Both the position numbers and the translations under genes were made by a program. From IMG/VR virus record IMGVR_UViG_2595698668_000001, positions 128,001 to 192,000 of that record: a DNA stretch of 64,000 nucleotides; one strand, 5' to 3'. Numbering within the stretch: the stretch's first letter is position 1; each line of letters starts with the position of its first letter. The DNA is from a virus. Taxonomy: Duplodnaviria > Caudoviricetes. Shown in pieces: positions 40,501-49,932 of this stretch. Below the pieces are notes generated by a model. It saw only the letters and a list, made by a program, of their open reading frames with translations, did not search any database and was not told the origin of the DNA.

Positions 40501-40702
40501 TTTTATCCAATGTCTCTACGTTAGCAGAAATTTGAGTAGAGGGGCGGTTTAAAACGCCCCCTTTATCACCAACAATAGTCGGATCCGCACCTTGCGGTTG
40601 CTCACCATTTTTAATCCATTCAACCTGTTTTTGACCAGAACCAGCAACAGGCATATCAGAAGTATATTTCAGGTCATCCAATACAGGTTTAATAATTTCC
40701 AT
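37577..40702 (-). CDS. wac: Fibritin (collar/whisker), extended to 1041 aa
   Basis: N-term L.Y....P..GQ....WIKNGE...GA....G.LNR....I..NVE; coiled coil; foldon-like repeats; follows gp12; CCTAAATA at 40733-40740. Confidence 0.9.
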   Translation of the reverse strand: MEIIKPVLDDLKYTSDMPVAGSGQKQVEWIKNGEQPQGADPTIVGDKGGVLNRPSTQISANVETLDKNQETILSKMSEVIDKVNIHDDIINAGDGRDLYQRVGDLETEMDVHSGILEDIKETDVILDAKIQSISDNIGVGDPSLRFRTLRADDLHIKKMLGNYKDFDIDGVPSPGSLSSGVKGQIERNYNTGVNLDVRVTSLEKWWEDSTPASLREEVNQIRTELGQDPDPTRNIYSRISDLEMADETNSPLVQELVEHTGYGEFPLQYLDVQTDSYQTVGNLYDYSLHVKKDVDYISGIAKQTEGLSDDLARSLGSASDSTLDTTAWGRINDLRVRMENNEGILGSSPLDGLQGKVKEVDQREKEHFEDLDGRVSSISTTVNVEYRTSIEDLQNTVGNPNTGLVIKVEGTKNVADDDYRRIGSYQASKDMYEQMYRDYKNGAGYIPNPTETRLGSVWSREYDGANWVWRDLFTTNFVVGDNNKITAIDGTTLVSYSTGSDGKYIPTFGHNGTTKLRIVGDIIGNISLDTTSDIRKYGKTILGSTDQTIKVGQSDKNIVMVGKDIDSFKYNTPTGEFDVLHIGNYKKYITDVNPENGFTLNQNAVIGYAGADVIKLDNTTINIGSANTNLAFKGKVSELVMDQDKAFKMNVGMGKHLNVVNNFGGILTYGDVETTNVFATDLYIQGTGVDRFKVWHQGMDAPADGSFYARKNNQWMVVEQGGSGTGIIGDAPQSGLAYARVNDDGVGFWQAVGERNITLAENVSIMAKTNSGTITAFTVDSATVTTRIGGTTGKINLRGTVSDFKLESKISTSYGSLLESTQTKIVIGDTATPVSVYSTGNLFVGVGSDAKKVWTDAHDAPNNANFYARKGGQWTLIHDGIDPTKDVSVGETSDFIIGGYNVAKVDTVGVDKLMVIGDSRTFMKFDGKVTNLKLAEVGANNSFGITTRVNNVDKNIISISQPSTEKFIAIGDTGLPVRITASEVTINNDKVLTKDSFEAPADGNKYVRQDGQWTRAYYYGDFATDAPTSPKEGDVFFEFIN

Positions 40703-40735
40703 TAGTTTTTACCCCATTCGTTTATATATTAGTAT

Positions 40736-42091
40736 TTAGGTTGTTTGGTATATGTCATTAACACCCCAAACATGCCATATAATACAGTTGTCACCCGTGG
40801 TATGGAAATAAGTACCATTGGCGTTAAACCTACCAATCCACCAAGTAGAATCGGTGTCCGCAATCCACCAAGCGTTGGCGAAATTATCTTGAAGGATAGA
40901 AATTTGAGCCTTTGATATATAGTTAGACTTCATATGTCTACCATCATCCCCAGAGGATACAACTATTAACCCATCGTAATTCCACCACGGCTGTGACATA
41001 TTAAAGTCACCACTTTTATGACCGCCATATGGAGCAGCATTAAAAATCAATTGTCTATCAGTTCTATTAAGAGTTACTGCACTTCCACGATTAACCTTTC
41101 CATTTATTTGGTTTTGTTTATCCTCAAATGCTCCAACCGCCCAATCATATCTCACAACCGCATTAGGTGAACCATCTTGGGGATTTGTAAGATATATATT
41201 TGGGGTAATCAACGCACCGGTCATTGTTCCACCGGTTTTTGCAACTAAGGTTGTTGCTCCATGAGAACTTAACGCTTTATTCGTTGCCCCTTGTACAGCA
41301 ACGTCTGTCAATGCAACAATACCCCACTGGGAAGACGATGCAATCGGAAGAGTTGCGGGGCTAATGGCTACGTCAGTTGCAGTACGGGCATTAGACTCGG
41401 CTTGCGTTGCCATTTTTACTGTACCAACTCTTGATTGAGTTGCACGAGTCTCAATAAAGCCTTTCGGACTAACTGCTACACCGTTATGCAAAGCCGCATT
41501 GATTACTGGGGATGGGGAAATCTTAACTATCCCAGAGGTCAATTCAGTTGCGCCAGAATTTGCAGTAACTGCAAACTTATCTATCATTGCCTTAACAACA
41601 TCAGGACTTGTTGCAGTAGTTGAATCAGTCCCTTGTTGTCCAATGGTAATCGTGGATAATTTCAACGTACCGGCTTTTGTGGTAGAACCGATTGCTTTTG
41701 TTCTGATGATATCCCATATACCAGCCGTATTAATGCCTATAGAGGCGCTTGCTGCTGTTTCTAGACGTTCCGCGCTGGTAGCGTACCTAACTAGACCCTT
41801 AACCGTTTCTGATGCGTCTGGGCGCACCCATTTGGCTTGTAAGGTCTTGGGGGTAACGATTGCATCAGCCACTGTTCCTGCCAATACTTCCGCTTCCGTC
41901 GCAATCCTGAGAATACCCATTTTTGTTTCGGTCGCTTTCATATCCTCATACCTTCCAATTGCATGGGGTTGTATGAGTTCAGCCATTTTTTGTACATCTT
42001 TAGTCGTTGCTGGGAAATTAGTGGTGCTAGGATCTAGCACCACATCAACAGCTTTAGAACTAATATGTTGTTCTGTATTATTAATCATCAT
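40736..42091 (-). CDS. gp12: Short tail fiber
   Basis: NNT.QHIS..A..V..DP..TNFP....DVQ, ATE...G..RIAT..E repeats; synteny. Confidence 0.9.
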   Translation of the reverse strand: MMINNTEQHISSKAVDVVLDPSTTNFPATTKDVQKMAELIQPHAIGRYEDMKATETKMGILRIATEAEVLAGTVADAIVTPKTLQAKWVRPDASETVKGLVRYATSAERLETAASASIGINTAGIWDIIRTKAIGSTTKAGTLKLSTITIGQQGTDSTTATSPDVVKAMIDKFAVTANSGATELTSGIVKISPSPVINAALHNGVAVSPKGFIETRATQSRVGTVKMATQAESNARTATDVAISPATLPIASSSQWGIVALTDVAVQGATNKALSSHGATTLVAKTGGTMTGALITPNIYLTNPQDGSPNAVVRYDWAVGAFEDKQNQINGKVNRGSAVTLNRTDRQLIFNAAPYGGHKSGDFNMSQPWWNYDGLIVVSSGDDGRHMKSNYISKAQISILQDNFANAWWIADTDSTWWIGRFNANGTYFHTTGDNCIIWHVWGVNDIYQTT

Positions 42092-43062
42092 TAACCAATC
42101 CTTTTCCAGTAATAAAGTGTTGTTACCGTGGTATCAATTGCGACTTTATCTTCTTTGAAAAACATTTCCCAATATCCGTAACCATAAGATGCAGGAGATC
42201 CAACAACCCAATCGACGGTCATCCCATATTCAGACCATGGTTCTGGTGTATGATCACGAAGATCTCTATATGTGAAGTTTATAGAATCACTAGAAAGTTT
42301 AGTAACATCCCTCACATATAAACCATCTACTTCAAATTGTTTAAGTAAGTCGAATACTTTATCTCTAACAAATGTCGGACTTACACCATCTGCAACTTCA
42401 ATTCGAGTACCAAACACATCAAGAACAACAGGCATACCAGAAATTGGAGATGAAATAGCACCAGAAAAGGTTAATGTGTCGATTTGTGGTTTTCCGCTTG
42501 GGTCTGTATTATCTATATTTATGATGACAGAACCTTTATTAAGTCTTCCCACATATGCAGCATCGGAAATTGCGTTTTCAACTGTCTTGAACTTGTTATG
42601 ACTTCTGGCATCTTGGATTGTTAGGTTACCGATACCACCAACAACAGATAGTGTCTCTAATGTCGGGTCTCCATTAAACTCATGGTCTGATGCTTTCCGG
42701 CTCTTAATCATAGAAGCCATTCGACTTCTAGTCATATCTGTGTTTGTTCTACCGTCAAACATAGTCACGGTTACAACAGACGAATCCAAAGAACTTAGTT
42801 CCGCACCTGACGTGGAATTAACTTCTTTAACACGACATCTGAAATAACCATGATTATATGATGCGTTTGATGGAAGAACCCTTAGATTATCAGTTGCCGC
42901 ACTAGCATCAACAACAGCAGTCCAAGCATTGCTATCTACGGAAGATTCCCAAGAATATCTAAGTTCTGCATCTACGTTGTTTGTACTTGCTAAAATAGAA
43001 AGCTGGTAGGAACTACCAGCATAATATGTTAGGCTTCTTGGTTGTTGAAAAATACTTATCAT
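42091..43062 (-). CDS. gp11: Baseplate wedge subunit / short-fiber connector with N-terminal Ig-like domain
   Basis: SR.A......VGG..IG, NP.G..Q.D...F.G, GYG.W, YYWKRI; start overlaps the gp10 stop (TAATG). Confidence 0.88.
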   Translation of the reverse strand: MISIFQQPRSLTYYAGSSYQLSILASTNNVDAELRYSWESSVDSNAWTAVVDASAATDNLRVLPSNASYNHGYFRCRVKEVNSTSGAELSSLDSSVVTVTMFDGRTNTDMTRSRMASMIKSRKASDHEFNGDPTLETLSVVGGIGNLTIQDARSHNKFKTVENAISDAAYVGRLNKGSVIINIDNTDPSGKPQIDTLTFSGAISSPISGMPVVLDVFGTRIEVADGVSPTFVRDKVFDLLKQFEVDGLYVRDVTKLSSDSINFTYRDLRDHTPEPWSEYGMTVDWVVGSPASYGYGYWEMFFKEDKVAIDTTVTTLYYWKRIG

Positions 43063-45200
43063 TATTCTACCCTTAGCCATCTATGGGCGGTGGTTGTAGG
43101 TTGGATCACAGAGAACGGGTTTACTGTTTCGTTTGGTCTGGTATAGACATAATCCTCTCTGTATTTCTTATAACCCGGACCACTCTCGTCTGGGTCGTAT
43201 TGACACCCACCAACAAGAACATCACCATTCGGATCTGCAATAAGCGCCTTTTCCGTGCTTTTTGTTCCGGGGGTGTTATCAACCGCAAGGGTTACGTCGT
43301 TTTCACCAAAAATACTACCGGCACTGTGTCTTGGTTGTCCGTTAATATCCAAATCTTGGTTATTCAGACCGTATATCGGGTCGTTTGGATTCTGACTATT
43401 CCACCCAGCAACAACCTTACCCTCTGCCCAACGAACCCAAGTACCAATCCCCATATAGGTTGCTGGGTTGTTCGGGTTATGTGCGTTTTCGTAGATAGTA
43501 CCAACTGGATAAAACATATCAAACAGCATTGCAATAGAGTTTGCAGGAACGTTGATCAAATCGTTAGGATCTGGTTGTACTGTCTTTGGGGTTGGATTGA
43601 AAGGATCGGAATATCTAATTTTCCCGGTCAAAGTAACAGGAACAGTATTGATATACTTTTTGTCTGTCTCTTTGATAATATCGTCAAGTTCAAGCAACGA
43701 ACCAATATCATTATTAAACCAACGAATCGTAATAACGTCTTCATGGTTGAACGGTTCGTTCACCACGATATCACGCATATAACCGTTCTCATCTTCGATA
43801 GGTCCAAAATCAACACCGGTAGGAACCCAAACACCACCATTAGCAATACAAGATTCTTGAGTTAAGCTATCCGCACCTTCACAAGTAAAAAACGGTATAT
43901 CGCCCTGTCCAGATTTAACCAATTGACGACCGTTGACAATCATCTCTAGAGTTTTTGGGTTAAAAGTCTCACTCGGTTGGAAGCCGAATTCGGAAAGGTT
44001 GAATCTAAATTTAGCAGACAGATCACCAACAAACCGACGTCCAGTTTCAGAAACATAATCAACAGGAACATATTGATCAGAATAAACCCGAATAGTCGCA
44101 GTTTCGTAAGAACTTCTATATGTAGCCAAACCATCTAAGAAAGTTTCGATAACAACAACATCACCAGCTTCACATGGCTTTTCTAGCTTAATGGTATATC
44201 CATCAAGGTCTGTTATTTTACTAACACCAACATAGTATGAAAATTTTGTTGCTATTTTCATTTGAGCTAGAATGTCGGGGGTTTCATTCACAGAAACATA
44301 TTCGCTGGTCAGTTTATCAAATTTCATGAGGTATGTTTTATCGTTATAAACACACACCAGACGGTCTTCGTTAAGTGGTTTCTTATTAAGGTCGAATTTT
44401 ATGTATGTCTTTTTATCAGATTCTTTAGAATAGAAAGATACTACAGTATTCCCTTCAACTGTTCCAAACCTAGTTCCCTTACCAACAATAGTACCCCATC
44501 TATCGCTATCGATTTTTACCGGGTTAATATCAATCTTGGCTGGGTCTGCAACAGTCTTTTGAACAATAGAACCATAGTTTGATTCGGGACCGTATTCCTG
44601 ACCGTAATAAAGAATGTTACCGCGCTTATATACGTTAATCGAGTTTCTGTTATAACCAGACGAGAATATATTTTGAAAATCGGTTTGACCTTCGGTTGCA
44701 ATAAATTCTTTTTTAGCAACGGTTGCTATGTCGTTGGATCTAATTTCACCAACATATTTACTTGGTACATAATCCCAGTTACCGGGAGAGCAATATACAA
44801 GTTCAACGTCCATGAAATTGTTTTCTAATCTGTGTGTACCAGAAGACCCTTTGATGGTATTAAATCCACCGGGAACCAGAATTACAGGGTTTCCGCCCCA
44901 AGTTCCCATTACATCACGAACACGAATAACCTTACCATAATCGGCTGGTGTCCCACTCGGAAGATTGACAGTAATACGACCGGTTGTTGTATTAATTACC
45001 CAAGCCTGACCCATAATAGCTGAGAGAGTTTTTGTGTGGTCGCTATATGGTTTCCATGCACCGGCAGCATGAGGAATGTTACCATCCCCCAAGTTGTAGT
45101 AAAGTTCATTAAAGTTGTCGTTTGTCTTCTGACCACCTTTTCTAAGGTAATCACCGGTTCCGTCATCAACACGATTACCAATAATAATTTGCTGTTTCAT
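43062..45200 (-). CDS. gp10: Baseplate wedge subunit and tail pin
   Basis: MKQ.I.IGN.VDDGTGDYLRKGG.K.N.NF.ELYY.LGDG..PH.AGAW, YPVGTIYENA.NP.NP.TYMG. Confidence 0.96.
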   Translation of the reverse strand: MKQQIIIGNRVDDGTGDYLRKGGQKTNDNFNELYYNLGDGNIPHAAGAWKPYSDHTKTLSAIMGQAWVINTTTGRITVNLPSGTPADYGKVIRVRDVMGTWGGNPVILVPGGFNTIKGSSGTHRLENNFMDVELVYCSPGNWDYVPSKYVGEIRSNDIATVAKKEFIATEGQTDFQNIFSSGYNRNSINVYKRGNILYYGQEYGPESNYGSIVQKTVADPAKIDINPVKIDSDRWGTIVGKGTRFGTVEGNTVVSFYSKESDKKTYIKFDLNKKPLNEDRLVCVYNDKTYLMKFDKLTSEYVSVNETPDILAQMKIATKFSYYVGVSKITDLDGYTIKLEKPCEAGDVVVIETFLDGLATYRSSYETATIRVYSDQYVPVDYVSETGRRFVGDLSAKFRFNLSEFGFQPSETFNPKTLEMIVNGRQLVKSGQGDIPFFTCEGADSLTQESCIANGGVWVPTGVDFGPIEDENGYMRDIVVNEPFNHEDVITIRWFNNDIGSLLELDDIIKETDKKYINTVPVTLTGKIRYSDPFNPTPKTVQPDPNDLINVPANSIAMLFDMFYPVGTIYENAHNPNNPATYMGIGTWVRWAEGKVVAGWNSQNPNDPIYGLNNQDLDINGQPRHSAGSIFGENDVTLAVDNTPGTKSTEKALIADPNGDVLVGGCQYDPDESGPGYKKYREDYVYTRPNETVNPFSVIQPTTTAHRWLRVE

Positions 45201-45202
45201 TT

Positions 45203-46129
45203 TTATGCCCCAATTGCATCGATAGATTTGATATATACGTCTATCGTTGACTGACTAATGTTTTTTATGGTCAGTAAAACAGAATTACCTGTGATGCTAT
45301 AAGAAGCTTCGAATAAAAGGTTTTCTTCCGCTTTATCTGGTGTTTTGGTTCGCAGTCTGGCGTATTCAGTAGAATAAACTTTGGTATCTGCGGTACTGGT
45401 ATTATTTACCATCAGTAAAGTTTCGCATGATTCTTGAAGGGCACCAACACCACGTTGAGTAACAAAGACCATGTGTTTAACGGCGTTGAATTGTGGCTTA
45501 CTAAACAAAACTACGTTTCGGTCAGCACCAACAGCAATCCCAGTAATAGTGGCGCTATATGAAGTTGCAGAATCGCCATAAATCGATTCAAGCTTATAGT
45601 TCCATTTCGAACCCGCTGGGCTTGCTTCTGCTACCCATATGGTCAATTTGAAATTGGAACGGTTTACAACCAATCTATTCCCACTAGCACCGATGGTATC
45701 ACCAGAACCACTAGTCCGAATGATCACTTCTTTACCAGCACCAAACCCCACAGAACCGTCTGTATTGACGAATTCTATGCATTCCCCACCATGACCACTA
45801 CCTTGGGGAAGAGTTATAGTAAGGTCTCCTGTACCGTCTCTGATAACAGATAGGTCGTGCATAGAACCAAATTCTACTGGGTTACCAGATGGCTGTTCTG
45901 CCCCCGCATAGTATGCCCGAGTGTGTTTCTGATAATATCCAGTACCATGGAGGGTTTGGACGCGATTACCAAAACCAGAAGTCTTACCAATTCTGTAGTC
46001 CCCGAACACGTTCCAAATACTGTTTATATCTTGGTTTAATTTTAAGCCGCCGTCATGAAGGGTATCACCTGTTCCTTCTTGACCACGGACGCCAGTATCA
46101 ACTAGCTCTTTAGGCTTTTGTACAGACAT
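45203..46129 (-). CDS. gp9: Baseplate wedge / long tail fiber connector
   Basis: Q.PK.L.D.G..G...TGD.L.DGG.K.N......N.FGD, LH.TGYYQK. Confidence 0.94.
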   Translation of the reverse strand: MSVQKPKELVDTGVRGQEGTGDTLHDGGLKLNQDINSIWNVFGDYRIGKTSGFGNRVQTLHGTGYYQKHTRAYYAGAEQPSGNPVEFGSMHDLSVIRDGTGDLTITLPQGSGHGGECIEFVNTDGSVGFGAGKEVIIRTSGSGDTIGASGNRLVVNRSNFKLTIWVAEASPAGSKWNYKLESIYGDSATSYSATITGIAVGADRNVVLFSKPQFNAVKHMVFVTQRGVGALQESCETLLMVNNTSTADTKVYSTEYARLRTKTPDKAEENLLFEASYSITGNSVLLTIKNISQSTIDVYIKSIDAIGA

Positions 46130-46180
46130 TATTTTATATCCTTTATTTTATAGGGTTCACCCTTGTATTTAGGAGAAAAT

Positions 46181-46210
46181 AAAAAACCCGACCTGACGGT
46201 CGGGTTTTTT
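46181..46210 (-). terminator. Terminator after gp8
   Basis: AAAAACCCGACC-TGAC-GGTCGGGTTTTT; gp9 late promoter at 46166-46173. Confidence 0.85.
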
Positions 46211-47192
46211 AGAAACTAAACACCACGTTAAATTCTTCCGTTTGATCTCTAGAACGAATTACCGGTTGTCTATTATCCATATAGATAACATTACCGCTAT
46301 GTCTTTCTAGTTGTGACGGATCGTAACTGAGTGCAGTTGCTTTTACATCTGGGTCCGCTGGTGTATTTTTCACCAACAGTGGGTTGTTTATAATTCCCAT
46401 CTGTCGAAAACCAGTGTTACCTATTTTACTAGATGCTGGGAAATTATAACTGTCGAAATAAGACCTAAACCTAAGTGTATTACATTTTATCCTACCAATT
46501 AGGTTATAATCATTTGGATACCAAGTTATAACATGTTGGTATCCCCACACATCGGGAGATGTTTTTAGTTCATCGGGGGTTGGCACTACGATATATTCAT
46601 TTGAACAATCGTTTATTGCAACGTCGGTTGGTATTGTGTATAGATATTCCCATATATAACCATCTTGCATGTTTACGCCATCAGAACGTCCAATCGGGAG
46701 TATGCTGAATATTGATGGAGTCCATTTACCACCAACTTTCAAACACTCTTCCTTGTCTTTAATGGTTTGAATCGAACACATACCATCTGATGGTACATCG
46801 ACACAACGATAAACCATCCACCCAGACCCAATTTCAGTTGTGTTATATGGTGCTGAGTTGGTAACTACAATGTCACCGATATGGAAAGTGTATGGGTCTG
46901 CATATCTCTGGTCACCCCAATCTTTACGAGGCACCACCGGACGGATAAGTTCTTTTTGGATCTTAACTGCTCCGAGCATCCTAGACCAAATATCCGAATA
47001 CCCCTCCGATGTATCGTCAGGATATGGCGGTGCAAATTTTGGATCCGACTCGTTATCCGCCCATGCTTCACTTCTTCCGAAATATGCATAGAGGGTATTT
47101 TGTGTATTACCATCTCCGATAAGAGAATAAAAGTTTAAAAGGTTAGCGACCCGAAAGTCGCTAGTAACCATTGCTCTATAAATCACTGACAT
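46209..47192 (-). CDS. gp8: Baseplate wedge subunit
   Basis: SVIYRA.VTS.FR...LNFY..IGD, FGRS..W..NE...FAPPYP.D, PR.DWGD, WEYLY.IP. Confidence 0.96.
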   Translation of the reverse strand: MSVIYRAMVTSDFRVANLLNFYSLIGDGNTQNTLYAYFGRSEAWADNESDPKFAPPYPDDTSEGYSDIWSRMLGAVKIQKELIRPVVPRKDWGDQRYADPYTFHIGDIVVTNSAPYNTTEIGSGWMVYRCVDVPSDGMCSIQTIKDKEECLKVGGKWTPSIFSILPIGRSDGVNMQDGYIWEYLYTIPTDVAINDCSNEYIVVPTPDELKTSPDVWGYQHVITWYPNDYNLIGRIKCNTLRFRSYFDSYNFPASSKIGNTGFRQMGIINNPLLVKNTPADPDVKATALSYDPSQLERHSGNVIYMDNRQPVIRSRDQTEEFNVVFSF

Positions 47193-49879
47193 TATTGTTC
47201 TACCTTAACTTGGGTAGGCGGTACTGGCACAAGGAGTTTACTTACATCACGAGGATTGCCTATATCATCCTTAAGCCGTTTTTCTGACAACCGTTTAAGG
47301 TCAGAATACCTACTACTGAAATCGCTAAACAAGGGACTACCATCAAGCCTACGCGCCGATGGGGTATAAACAACACCGTCAACAGTCCAATTTTGTTCAT
47401 CTTGGTCATAATTTCTGACCTCAAATACATTACCGGTACTTGTATCAATTGCGTTATTCCACTCAGACACATCAAATGGCGTTTGTGGTTGTTCCACTTC
47501 CATTAATTCCCCTGTTATCGGGTCGAATAGAGGTACTGGATCTGTAAACGAACCATTGGGGTCTGGTACTGTTCTATATTTAGGGGTTAGGCTAGGTAAA
47601 CCTGAATCCCACCGATATGATTTATTTATATCGACGATAGTCTCTATGTGTTTCATAGAAATACCACCGTTAACCATAACAGTTAGTAGAGTAATACCAA
47701 CAAATCCAAATCCAACTGGATGAACAAACCGAATAACATCATCCTTATATCGAGATGTGTTCAATTCAGAACGAATTCTCATCATATAGTAAGATCTGTT
47801 TCTGTTTATATAATCTATGTCGGAATATGCCAGCTCTTTACCCTTAACTCCCCGCGTGACTTCACCAACAAAAGAACTTGATTCAGATTTTATTTCTTGC
47901 CCAACTTCCAACTTACCAATAAGGTTATGAATCGTTATTTTCCATCTTAACTGACCATCAACAAACTGACGCTCAATATAGGTAACGTTGGCTCGACCAG
48001 TTTTGGTAAATATCGTTCTTCCAACAAGATCAGTACTGATATTAGACGACTTAACCAGTATATCATAATCTATCCCAACTTGAGATTCGATTTCAATATC
48101 TACATCGGCATCATATAGCAGTTTGAACAAGAACTTATAACTATCCAGAGTTCCCTTTGAGCTATAAAAGTTATTGGCGTTAGCTTCGAAGAATTTAACA
48201 ACCTCATCTCTCTTGTTTTGGTCTAGATATATATTCCGTCTTCTCATCTCAGACCACAAAAATACGAAAGAATCTTTTTCTCTCGGGTATTTCAGTTTGA
48301 TGAAATTGAGAAGCTTGCCATACATCGAATCAGTACCATCAGATAGGAATTGAAGATAATATTCAGCAAACTTAGAGTAATTTGAATCATTGAAATAATG
48401 TTCAGGCCCCATAATTCTCAACATAGGTGCGATATTTGGGTCAATAATTCCTGTATCATCCTTCTTCTCTTCAACAACTTCTCTTTCTTGGTTTATCAAA
48501 GAAGCTTGCAACGCGATATATTCTGGTCTCCAAAATACAGATGCTTCGTCTCTAACACGATAAGGGAACTCATAGTATCCAAATATCTCTCCACCAAGAC
48601 CATTCTCTCTATTATAAGCAGTATGGATCAAAATACCGTTACAATACTTACTAAAGTTTTTGAAATTGATATTGTTCAGATAAAATTTTACAGAACCTTT
48701 ATTCCAAACTTCTTTGTTATATACCCGTGTAGGGTCTATGTTATATTGGTATTTGGTGGAAGGTGTTATAAGAACTATTCGGTTTTCATGGTTTTTCCAA
48801 ACCCTCTCCCCAGTCATAGCCATATAATCAAACCCAGCCTCGTTATAATATCTAGCTGGTCTTAAGGAGAAAACATCACCATCTTCGGTTTCCCATTGAT
48901 ACATGAAAACTTTCTTTTCACTAAGATATCCAAAGTCGGAACTGTATTTCACCGCATAGGTCACATCATCCGGGTATTTATTAACGGTATCAAGATCTTC
49001 GATAGTATTGGTGTATTTGTAAGTTGCACCTGATACAAATAATTTAGTACCATCAACACTCATATCTGAATATTTGTGTTCGATATTATACCGTTCATCC
49101 TCGGTATTCCCAAATACTCTTTCCCATGAACCACCATCCGGAACAGAAGGCTTTACTATCTGTCCATCTTCTTGGTAAAGGTCAAAAATATTAGGATAGG
49201 CAAAATCGTCAACAAACCGACTATATTTCACCGGGTCTACTATCTTTTGTACAGGGTCAGAATAGATATCAGCAATAAACTCAAATGAGTCGTGGCTATC
49301 ACTTGGTACAAAGTTGACTTTCATTTGCATTCCATGGGTTCTACCTTGGAATATCCTAGATTCCCATCGTGTAGAAACTTTACCAACGTGTGTACCGTCA
49401 GGAAGGAAAGTCACCATCTCACGACCAACGTCAATACCATTGATAAAACTAATATCTTCTGCTGGGTCGGAGAAGTTCATATTCCCCAACATAAAATCTT
49501 CTTTCTTGTATTTTTCGTTGAGACGATATACACCAGAATATGTAGATTTCTTTACGTTTTTCGGATCTCTTTTATCTTTCCCTGCGTCTACTTCACCGGA
49601 TACCAGCGCATAACAAACCTCGTTAAGCACATCCATTTTCTTAACTACTACGTTTGGATTATCACAGATCGTAAAGACTTCCGGATCCCATATGATATTA
49701 CCTTCATTATCGGTTGGGCCACCAGATACACGTATACGTCTAGCAACACCATTTGCAGAGGCATATAGCCACATATTAGAGGACGTTTGAGCTTCTACTT
49801 TTCTTCTGATGTCGTCGGGGTACTTGGCAAAAGTCCCAAAGAACATAGTAGGAAATGGGATAGACGAATCAGTATCCAT
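47192..49879 (-). CDS. gp7: Baseplate wedge initiator, C-terminal portion (frameshift-split)
   Basis: W.RVFGNTE.ER, RNIYL...KRDEV..FFE....FYS.KG...SYKFLFKLLY, Y..DV.RFVHPVGFGF, RLKD..GNPRD. Confidence 0.92.
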   Translation of the reverse strand: MDTDSSIPFPTMFFGTFAKYPDDIRRKVEAQTSSNMWLYASANGVARRIRVSGGPTDNEGNIIWDPEVFTICDNPNVVVKKMDVLNEVCYALVSGEVDAGKDKRDPKNVKKSTYSGVYRLNEKYKKEDFMLGNMNFSDPAEDISFINGIDVGREMVTFLPDGTHVGKVSTRWESRIFQGRTHGMQMKVNFVPSDSHDSFEFIADIYSDPVQKIVDPVKYSRFVDDFAYPNIFDLYQEDGQIVKPSVPDGGSWERVFGNTEDERYNIEHKYSDMSVDGTKLFVSGATYKYTNTIEDLDTVNKYPDDVTYAVKYSSDFGYLSEKKVFMYQWETEDGDVFSLRPARYYNEAGFDYMAMTGERVWKNHENRIVLITPSTKYQYNIDPTRVYNKEVWNKGSVKFYLNNINFKNFSKYCNGILIHTAYNRENGLGGEIFGYYEFPYRVRDEASVFWRPEYIALQASLINQEREVVEEKKDDTGIIDPNIAPMLRIMGPEHYFNDSNYSKFAEYYLQFLSDGTDSMYGKLLNFIKLKYPREKDSFVFLWSEMRRRNIYLDQNKRDEVVKFFEANANNFYSSKGTLDSYKFLFKLLYDADVDIEIESQVGIDYDILVKSSNISTDLVGRTIFTKTGRANVTYIERQFVDGQLRWKITIHNLIGKLEVGQEIKSESSSFVGEVTRGVKGKELAYSDIDYINRNRSYYMMRIRSELNTSRYKDDVIRFVHPVGFGFVGITLLTVMVNGGISMKHIETIVDINKSYRWDSGLPSLTPKYRTVPDPNGSFTDPVPLFDPITGELMEVEQPQTPFDVSEWNNAIDTSTGNVFEVRNYDQDEQNWTVDGVVYTPSARRLDGSPLFSDFSSRYSDLKRLSEKRLKDDIGNPRDVSKLLVPVPPTQVKVEQ

Positions 49880-49932
49880 CTTAACAAATGTAAGCTGATC
49901 ATCAGACCAAAAATGAAGATCTGAGCTAAATC

